From Perna viridis (lineage: Eukaryota): a stretch of DNA of 64,000 nt. The notes under the pieces are model-generated. The model was not told where the DNA came from. It saw nothing but the letters and a program-made list of their open reading frames with translations, and searched no databases. This document shows positions 58,401 through 64,000 of this stretch, in pieces; within the stretch, counting starts at the first letter, position 1; the number at the start of each line of letters is the position of its first letter. Made by a program: the position numbers and the translations under genes. The stretch lies in NCBI GenBank assembly GCA_037379345.1, contig CM074517.1, positions 24,614,001 to 24,678,000 of the forward strand, given 5' to 3'.

Positions 58401-61400
58401 GACGAGGACAGCTACTATTTTCAATGTTAGAAATTACACATCTATACTTATGAGAATTCAAAATCATTCGTAAAACTATTGCTTACTTTAATGATAAAAA
58501 AGAAAGCAAACAAATTGCAAATAATTTGCAAGACACGTCGTCCCCTGTACTACAGTGATGTAGACAAGGTATTAACAGTAACTGTATTGAACGGTGTATC
58601 ATCCTGTACAGTACTGCGATTTGGACCAGGTATTTACAGTAACTGTATCGCAGTTGTGCCATCCTGTAGTACGGTGATATGGACCAGATTTTTACAGTTA
58701 ATGTATTGAACAAGTGTATGTTCCAGTGGTATTATGATTGGCAACAAGTATTTACAGAAAATGTAGCGACAAGTGTTTCATCCTGTACTAAGGTGATTAG
58801 GACTAGGTAGTTAAGATAATTGTATCTTCATGTCTGTATTCCTATTGTACCGTAATTGGGACCAAGAACTAATAGTAAATGTATCAACATGTGCCATTCT
58901 ATAGGACGGTGAATGGGACCAGGTATTTACAGTTAATGTATCAACAGTTGTCATTCTGTAGTACGGTGAATGGTACCAGGTATTAATAGTTGATGTATCA
59001 ACAGGTGTCATTCTGTAGTACGTTGAATAGGACCAGGTATGTACAGTTAATGTATCAACAGGTGTCATTCTGTAGTACGTTGAATAGGACCAGGTATGTA
59101 CAGTTAATGTATCAACAGGTGTCATTCTGTAGTACGGTAAAAGGGACCGGATATGTACATTAAATGAATCAACATGTGTCACTCTGTAGTACAGTGAATG
59201 GGACTAGATGTTTACAGTTAATGTATCAACAGGTGTCATTCTGTAGTACGGTGAAAGGCACCAGGTATTTATAGTTAATATATCAACAGGTGTCATTCTG
59301 TAGTACGGTGAATGGGACCAGGTATTTACAGTTAATGTATCAATAGGTGTCATTCTGAAGCATGGTGAAGGGACCAGGTGTTTACATTAAATGAATCAAC
59401 ATGTGTCATTTTGTAGTATGGTGAATGGACTAGGTATTTACAGTAAATGTATTTATAGTTAATGTATCAACAGGTGTCATTCTGTAGTACGATGAATAGG
59501 ACAAGGTACTTACATAATGTATCACCATGTGTCATTCTGTAGAACGATGAATGGCACCAGTTATTTACATTAAATAAATCAACAGGTGTCATTTTGTAGT
59601 GCGGTAATTGGGACCAGGTACTAACAGTAAGTGTTTTGACATGTGTATTATCTTGTAGTTTGATGACTAAGACAAACCACTTACAGTAAATGTATCAACA
59701 GGTGTGTCATCCTGAAGTACGGTGATAGTAACTGATTCTACATTATCCTCATCAAGGCTGATAGTGTACAGCTCTGATGTATCATCTTCATCATTTAATT
59801 TATAAATCAAAGTAGGATTATCATCACTGTTTGAGGGGCTCCATCCCTCGGGCTTTTGAGAGTCGCTTGGTTCGTCACCGGGAGCATTGGATGACGATTG
59901 TACTGTAACATCCGCAGGATCAGATCCATCTAACATCACCTTGGCACATACTAAAATTAAATTGCTTTCAAAATACAACGTCAATCACACATGAGTTAAA
60001 CTTCTGTGGCCCTTTTTACAAAAAACGTAGTGTAAAATTAGTCGTTAGTTATGACGTCATAGTAAATTAAAGTATTGTGACGTCATAACATACCACTAGT
60101 TTTACTCTTACGATTTTTGTGTGAAAAGGACCACTGTATTAGTATGGATACATAAACAAAATCAATATTAAATAATATCTCATAAATAAAAACTGTCGGT
60201 CTGTGCTATTTGAGAAATATGATAGAAAATTTTATATTTCAACACTTTAGAGCCAACATTCTGACAAAATTGAATATATCTCATCAGTTCGTGTATTTAT
60301 AAGCTAAACACCTTTAAGTAGAAAGTATAGACCATTTAATGCCCCTAAACCTGCGAAATGTAAGAGTATAGTTTTTAGATAAAGATTGTTGAGTTATTAG
60401 GTTTATCAAATAACCCGTCATTGAAATTTGCAGTATTCCAGAATTTAAAACCCCATATACGCTAAGACTTCATTGTACATGGTAGGACGTCTTGGTGCTG
60501 GATATGGCATTCTATTTCGATTTTTGTTTTGTTTTGTTTACTTAAGAAATTAATTACGAAAAGTCCATTTTATCATTGTTTTACCACGGGCTGGCAATTT
60601 ATTTCGCGTTATTTTAAATAACGACATAAATGACCAGTCTGTGGTAAAACAATGATAAAATGAAGTTTCCGTGATTTATTCTGATTCTAATAGGGCTAGG
60701 TTCTTCGTATTTTTGAATAGACACAGCCCATGTGTTTCACGAAATATTGGTCATGAGTTTATCACTTTTTTACCATGACTGTGGTCTAAAGAGCTGTGAA
60801 GTACGCCAAATCAGAATTCTTATATGCAAAATAATTTTAGATATAGATCTTTCTTTGTATTTAATTATAATGACATACACAACGTATACAGCGTACAAAA
60901 ATTGGCAATATTCGTATGATTTGTATTTTTGAATTCAAAACATATTGACGAAATCCTGATTTAACAAACCTGTAGTTGGAGTAGTTGTTTCACTTGGTGT
61001 AGATGTTGTCACAAAGGTTGTTGTACCTAAAAGAATAACATGCCTGTATACTCACATGTCAGTAAAGGGTGTCTAAACTTAATTTGTGTGCAAATAGCTT
61101 TCGATAATGTTTATTAATGTTCAGGTTGTGCCATATGATTCATAGTATAAACCTTGTTGATAAGACTCTATCTATTTTTCGTGCTATTTTAATCTAATGA
61201 AACTTAAATTAAAATAACTTACCTACAGGTTCAAAGCAAGCTTTAATGACAACATTACTAATTGTTGGGGTTAACTGTTCATCTTCAGGTTCTATATCCA
61301 ATACAATTTTGTTACCAGGCAATCCTTTCAGATTGATTGGTTCAGTAAAATCGTCAACCTGGTTATAAAATGTTTCAAATTTAACATTCACAATCATGCA

Positions 61401-61906
61401 ATTTTAGTAACTGCATCATTACTACAGCTTTAACAATTTTAAGGATAAATCGTGTAGAACATCTGATTGTAAAAATCTCTTGCAAATGTTTTTTTTTAAT
61501 AATTTGAAATCCTCTAGCATGATCTATAAATTGATGAATTCATGTTAAAGTAAAATAGATCTATATATTTACACGATTTATTATAATTTGATGTCTAAAA
61601 TCTAATAGACCAGGAACTCACAGTAAATGTAGCGACTTACAGTGAATGTATCCACAGGTGTGTCATCCTGAAGTACGGTGATGGTCACTGATTCTACATT
61701 ATCTTCATCAAGGCTGATTGTGTACAGTTCTGATGTATCATCTTCATCATTCAGTTTATAAATCAATGTAGGATTATCATCACTGTCTGATGGGCTCCAT
61801 CCCTCGGGCTTTTGAGAGTCGCTTGGTTCGTCACCAGGAGCATTGGATGATGACTGTACTGTAACATCCGCAGGGTCTGATCCATCTAACATTACCTTAG
61901 CACATT
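312..61906 (-). CDS. Partial giant multi-exon gene (100 exons, about 5,900 aa in window): mucin-like protein with 33 acidic discoidin/F5-8C-like domains alternating with Thr-rich linkers; continues beyond both window ends
   Basis: Exons have GT/AG ends and consistent phases: domain exon 1 is phase 1-0 (263-269 nt), domain exon 2 is phase 0-1 (136 or 154 nt), linker exons are phase 1-1 and multiples of 3. No stops were seen in the exons translated. The domain family call is by motif inspection only. Confidence 0.88.
1053..1160. mobile_element. Fragment of the same dispersed repeat family as the element at 62046-62323, inverted orientation
   Basis: cctagggtaaggaacataactc...tgtatcatattcaattt...caagct matches the reverse complement of about 62145-62250. 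Confidence 0.55.
1846..2475 (-). CDS. Diverged A-like domain, exons 2207-2475 and 1846-1999
   Basis: YPVCPIDEVSDLSDMPGFEAFSSSNPDDALDAMTPDGWKP...FDEPIN + VEPNEQITVDVQDIAKGTVPGDRVEIYVTPTDGNVVPSVKNLKIKVCEKTP; same 269+154 nt sizes as A domains. Confidence 0.88.
3035..3263. repeat. Intronic 33-bp minisatellite, about 7 copies (aaatcacttgtaggtgtatagtaccttacttac)
   Basis: Direct tandem copies without spacers. Confidence 0.95.
3688..3801 (-). CDS. Thr-rich linker exon (EVTTTAPGFTVTETPPFTVSETTPSTSVTLSTTPPTTT)
   Basis: 114 nt, TAG acceptor, GTAAG donor, phase 1-1. Confidence 0.8.
4241..4303 (-). CDS. Thr-rich linker exon, T1 paralog (GSTTASTTIQPPSTSPTTITP)
   Basis: 63 nt, phase 1-1; a second in-frame CAG acceptor 12 nt upstream would extend it to 4315. 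Confidence 0.75.
4483..4758 (-). pseudogene. Collapsed remnant of an A/B unit: A2 exon end (4483-4538) and a T1 exon lacking its donor (about 4687-4758)
   Basis: Aligns to intact units with two internal deletions. Confidence 0.75.
4991..7309 (-). CDS. A/B unit 1: exons T1 7223-7309, B1 6715-6977, B2 6375-6528, T2 5941-6075, A1 5326-5594, A2 4991-5144
   Basis: 1062 nt = 354 aa per unit. B = VCPIEDEIESSEV...FEEPVE + MTPDGTVDVNLPDENGNVVPGDKVEIFPIPESDDLVPEVSNLKVKVCKKLK. A = YPVCNEEDATDVSDIPRMEP...LDEPID + MKPDGSVEEDLQ...KIKVCEKFP. Confidence 0.88.
7542..9867 (-). CDS. A/B unit 2: exons 9781-9867, 9273-9535, 8933-9086, 8499-8633, 7877-8145, 7542-7695
   Basis: Near-identical to unit 1; splice sites intact. 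Confidence 0.88.
10100..12427 (-). CDS. A/B unit 3: exons 12341-12427, 11833-12095, 11492-11645, 11058-11192, 10435-10703, 10100-10253
   Basis: Near-identical repeat unit. Confidence 0.88.
12659..14985 (-). CDS. A/B unit 4: exons 14899-14985, 14391-14653, 14051-14204, 13617-13751, 12994-13262, 12659-12812
   Basis: Near-identical repeat unit. Confidence 0.88.
15218..17548 (-). CDS. A/B unit 5: exons 17462-17548, 16954-17216, 16612-16765, 16178-16312, 15553-15821, 15218-15371
   Basis: Near-identical repeat unit. Confidence 0.88.
17781..20108 (-). CDS. A/B unit 6: exons 20022-20108, 19514-19776, 19173-19326, 18739-18873, 18116-18384, 17781-17934
   Basis: Near-identical repeat unit. Confidence 0.88.
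20340..22665 (-). CDS. A/B unit 7: exons 22579-22665, 22071-22333, 21731-21884, 21297-21431, 20675-20943, 20340-20493
   Basis: Near-identical repeat unit. Confidence 0.88.
22898..25220 (-). CDS. A/B unit 8: exons 25137-25220, 24630-24892, 24290-24443, 23856-23990, 23233-23501, 22898-23051
   Basis: Homogenised up to about 24880, then switches to the diverged type (CPVED, different intron, 84-nt T1). Confidence 0.88.
25444..28699 (-). CDS. Diverged A/B unit 9: exons 28616-28699, 28109-28371, 27764-27917, 26696-26842, 25771-26039, 25444-25597
   Basis: Same domain-exon sizes and phases as the array; introns diverged. Confidence 0.87.
26957..27594. mobile_element. MITE-like element, about 640 bp with about 131-bp terminal inverted repeats
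   Basis: 26957-27087 is the near-perfect reverse complement of 27463-27594; absent from the paralogous introns of the array; ends in ctata/tatag, so the TSD is ambiguous. Confidence 0.85.
28923..30286 (-). CDS. Diverged A domain plus linker: exons 30140-30286, 29250-29518, 28923-29076
   Basis: 147, 269 and 154 nt exons with GT/AG ends. Confidence 0.87.
30369..30913 (-). mobile_element. 3-prime fragment of a Penelope-like retroelement
   Basis: Colinear with 52734-53293; degenerate IVNFPFICGNIP...RLKSSLQKFYGRHHELVDRY tail. Confidence 0.8.
31185..31252 (-). mobile_element. Possible tRNA-derived SINE remnant
   Basis: Minus-strand GAGTTCGAGTCCC (31231-31243) resembles a Pol III B-box in a GC-rich patch; no A-box or cloverleaf seen. 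Confidence 0.3.
31896..32879 (-). CDS. C unit 1: exons T3 32784-32879, C1 32286-32554, C2 31896-32049
   Basis: YKVCPIEDETEASNVPQMEPVSSTNPGDAPNAMTPDGWTP...FETPVE + VKPDGSFEADLPEINKGEVPGDKVVIVVKPESLDEVPEVSNLVIKVCKKFP; linker ESTTASTVTSPETKVPTTATPSSTPVSTPTTT. Confidence 0.87.
32984..34199 (+). mobile_element. Non-autonomous Helentron-type (HINE-like) element
   Basis: Head aacaggagg...catcgctgacc; three degenerate internal repeats of about 300 bp; (gac/aac)n tract; 3-prime hairpin ending caagtgagctaaaa; interrupts the intron seen uninterrupted in C units 2-8. Confidence 0.75.
34536..35249 (+). mobile_element. Second, 5-prime truncated copy of the HINE-like element
   Basis: Colinear with about 33490-34199; hairpin agcttacttg-acctttcgc-caagtgagct. 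Confidence 0.75.
35618..36952 (-). CDS. C unit 2: exons 36857-36952, 36042-36310, 35618-35771
   Basis: 96, 269 and 154 nt exons. Confidence 0.87.
37423..38767 (-). CDS. C unit 3: exons 38672-38767, 37858-38126, 37423-37576
   Basis: Repeat unit, splice sites intact. Confidence 0.87.
39238..40580 (-). CDS. C unit 4: exons 40485-40580, 39672-39940, 39238-39391
   Basis: Repeat unit. Confidence 0.87.
41027..42371 (-). CDS. C unit 5: exons 42276-42371, 41462-41730, 41027-41180
   Basis: Repeat unit. Confidence 0.87.
42841..44171 (-). CDS. C unit 6: exons 44088-44171 (12-nt in-frame deletion), 43277-43545, 42841-42994
   Basis: Repeat unit with 84-nt linker. Confidence 0.87.
44618..45962 (-). CDS. 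C unit 7: exons 45867-45962, 45054-45322, 44618-44771
   Basis: Repeat unit. Confidence 0.87.
46431..47753 (-). CDS. C unit 8: exons 47670-47753 (12-nt in-frame deletion), 46867-47135, 46431-46584
   Basis: Repeat unit with 84-nt linker. Confidence 0.87.
48200..50064 (-). CDS. C unit 9 plus unique linker: exons 49960-50064, 48635-48903, 48200-48353
   Basis: Linker GTTTYKTTTLLSTTTKATTAPTGTTSATEPTKTTT, 105 nt, phase 1-1. Confidence 0.85.
50659..52394 (-). CDS. D unit 1: exons T5 52077-52394, D1 51512-51777, D2 50659-50794
   Basis: CAKVMLDGSDPADVSVQSSSNAPGD...GWSP...DDTPVDTFT + VDDLTEPINLKGVPGNKIVLDIKPEDEQQAPTISNVVIKACFEPI; 318-nt PTS linker with an AAG acceptor. Confidence 0.83.
52734..53826 (-). 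mobile_element. 5-prime truncated, degenerate Penelope-like retroelement reverse transcriptase
   Basis: QTVGIPMGTNCAPFLADLFLYSYE...FRYIDDVL...IYPK*LEIKDTTDT...YLDLHLEID, then frameshift to TKLYDKRDDF.IRIVNFPFICGNIPSAPAYGVFIS; contains stops and frameshifts. Confidence 0.85.
54350..55220 (+). mobile_element. HINE-like element related to the 33-35 kb copies; 5-prime boundary uncertain (may start near 53.9 kb)
   Basis: Same style of internal repeats (tttcaggggccataa, gcaattactccaaca), (gac)n tract and gcaatagcttacatgacc...gctaaaa end. Confidence 0.6.
55413..55442. repeat. (AC)15 microsatellite
   Basis: Direct reading. Confidence 0.97.
55458..57201 (-). CDS. D unit 2: exons 56884-57201, 56217-56482, 55458-55593
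   Basis: 318, 266 and 136 nt exons; GT/AG ends. Confidence 0.85.
58163..61026 (-). CDS. D unit 3: exons 60970-61026, 59685-59950, 58163-58298
   Basis: 57-nt linker GTTTFVTTSTPSETTTPTT; 266 and 136 nt domain exons. Confidence 0.83.
58545..59660. repeat. 57-bp (57-59) minisatellite, roughly 18-19 copies, homologous to the 3-prime end and donor of exon D1
   Basis: Unit acagttaatgtatcaacaggtgtcattctgtagtacggtgaatgggaccaggtattt versus exon end ttacagtaaatgtatcaacaggtgtgtcatcctgaagtacggtga. Confidence 0.9.
60004..60136. repeat. Imperfect palindrome / small MITE
   Basis: ctgtggcccttttt...ttatgacgtcata versus tgtgacgtcataa...aaaaggaccactg. Confidence 0.75.
60545..60682. repeat. Long, nearly loop-less palindrome
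   Basis: cattttatcattgttttaccac...gttattttaaataac...gtggtaaaacaatgataaaatg. Confidence 0.85.
61223..61906 (-). CDS. D unit 4: exons 61641-61906, 61223-61358
   Basis: 266 and 136 nt exons; phase-1 acceptor implies upstream exons outside the window. Confidence 0.85.
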
Positions 61907-62045
61907 CTAAAAAAGTTATTAATCTAAACAAACACATGCAAATACATTTCAAGCTTCAACAAAACAAATGAGTTCATATTTACAGTTAATATTTTATGTA
62001 ATAGAAGGCAGCCATTTTTTCATTAGTTTAGAATTAGTGATTTAA

Positions 62046-62323
62046 GGAGGTAGACCTAGTTTAGTGACACAACTCTTAAAAAATCATTGGAACGTTTGTA
62101 TTCAGCATTTTACATCAATCTTTTGTAAGCATCAAATTAACTTTTTTCATTTTATGCTGCTTCAAGCTTGAGAGGCTTTCGTAAAATTGAATATGATACA
62201 AACATATCACCGATTTCATGAGTTATGTCCCTTACCCTAGGTCCACCTTCGTATTTTTTTTTTTTTTTTTGGCAATAAACCTAACAATCATCACTTAAAA
62301 CAACTTACCGTAGGTCTACCTAC
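62046..62323. mobile_element. Putative Kolobok-like MITE
   Basis: ttaa|GGAGGTAGACCTA ... TAGGTCTACCTAC|ttat: short TIRs with a TTAA-like target site. Confidence 0.5.
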
Positions 62324-64000
62324 TTATTTTGTTGTTGTTGTTGTTGTTTTTTTTTTGTTTTTTGTTTTGTTGTTTTTTTTGTTGTTAATTTTGGCAATAA
62401 ATATAACATTCGTCACTTAAAATAAATATAGCTTTAAACCAGCTATACTCGTTCTGTATTCGGAATTAGTATGTCCGTTCTTCTTTAAGATTTTCTTCTG
62501 CGTTGTACGTGTACAGCTTGCCAGGAGGTCAAGAAAACTTTGTAGTTTAACATCAGCAGGTTGTTTTCCAGTGTTGATTAGCAAGATGGTTCCATTGCAT
62601 CAGATTCCAATATTGATCCAAGGTGACGAGAAAAGAGCAGTGTTTTCTAAATCATCATGGTACGTTCCAAAGAAGAGCCGTAAATGGCCATATCATTAGC
62701 CGCTTTATCAAGCTTCTTCTATTTCTTTGCGTCAATATGGTTATCAAACAAACCAACTTTTCTGAGGGACCGTCACCGAAAAAGTGTCGAAAATTACCAC
62801 ACTAACTACTGGAGGGGAATTTCCCAAAAATGAATTCAAAGAACTCAACTAACGTATTATTATATCAAAAATGAGAATAAGTAAATGGGTTTTGTCTTAA
62901 ATCATTTTAAAATAAATGTTCATTCTGAAATTGTTAACTATTTTGGTTGGAAAATGTTATCCAAATTTATTAAAATGTTATAAAGAGATAAAGAGCGCTA
63001 CTTTATCTAAAATTAAGAAAAAAAGATTAACGAGGTTGATATTTCAATGTTTACATGCTGGTCATACACAACTGTTTGTATTAGCCGAACGAATGCAATT
63101 TTTTTTTTACAAAATCACAGCATTCCAAAGGGTATAGGTACACTAAATTCGGTTATTTTGAATGTATCTAAAAATGAGCATCTTCTTAACAGTAAGCAGA
63201 AAACTGTTTTGATTTATTTTCAATTTGCCTTTAATTGATAAATATAATAAATACCCTGTACTTATTTTAGGTCTAGAGTAGAAAAACAAAAATAGTCGAA
63301 CCATTATTCGAAAATTCTTTTGTATTATTTTAAATGTATTTGAACGTAAGCAAACAGAACACATTTAACTTTACCGAACCAAGTAGCACTCCACATAAGA
63401 ATCATGCAAACTCTGATTCATGGTTGGAAAGCATACATATTATTATTTTTTATATTTTGTTTAAAATGTCATAGTAAACAGAAAGTAATATGTGGCTTTT
63501 CTTATAACCCTTGTTCAATGGAAACTGTTGGATGTTTAACGTCGATATCTCCTTAGAGCAGATAGTTTGGAATGATTGGTTATACATTTCAATATATAGA
63601 CCTATAAAGCAACTTAATAACGAAAATTAAAATGTGTAGCCTTTTGTGGGGTGTATCACTTTTTACAGAATTTGAGTGATTCTTACAAAAACTACTACCT
63701 AAATCCATTAAGGAGCTCGATTTACTCAGGTTTTACTGTATATCAAAGTTAAAACAAGGGGAAATCGGTGGAATAAAAAAACAATTCCAGGAACAGCACA
63801 GGGTTAACAAACAAAAGTCACGTTGAACAGGAATTTCAAAGTATACAATAGACTAAATCAGGAAATGTTTATTTTCTTAATTTGAAAAGTAACATGGTTT
63901 CCGATTGGATAAAGAAAAGTGTCAATCGTCTAAAAGACCAAATTTTGTCAAGTGACTTTTGCATCATCGGCGTTTTTTGATGATGTAATCGTTAAACTTT

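Noticed and set aside
58811-59182. 123-aa ORF with MTPVDTLTVHTWSYSTYYR repeats
   Set aside because: Product of the 57-bp minisatellite; neighbouring units have indels and stops
61907-64000. Further exons or gene start (ORFs at 62623-63364)
   Set aside because: No Thr-rich or domain-like segment and no signal-peptide exon recognised; appears intronic and repeat-derived

Overview
This is AT-rich eukaryotic DNA, most likely a bivalve mollusc (oyster-like, inferred from the repeat families). The window lies inside one giant, intron-rich gene on the minus strand; neither start nor stop codon was found. From GT..AG boundaries and intron phases I reconstruct 100 exons between 61906 and 312, totalling about 17.8 kb of CDS (about 5,900 aa). 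They encode 33 copies of an acidic, Cys-bracketed domain of about 135-141 aa that resembles a divergent F5/8 type C (discoidin) fold. Each domain is split over two exons and separated from the next by a Thr/Ser/Pro-rich mucin-like linker exon. The N-to-C order is D x4, C x9, then A/B alternating (A x10, B x9), then one diverged A-like domain. Two blocks are homogenised tandem arrays that include their introns: 8 x about 2.56 kb (4.7-24.9 kb) and about 8 x 1.8 kb (35.6-48.9 kb). Introns carry Penelope-like retroelement fragments, Helentron-type non-autonomous elements, MITEs/palindromes, a 33-bp minisatellite, and a 57-bp minisatellite derived from an exon end plus its splice donor. Most ORFs in the supplied track are exon fragments, their antisense shadows, or intronic noise.
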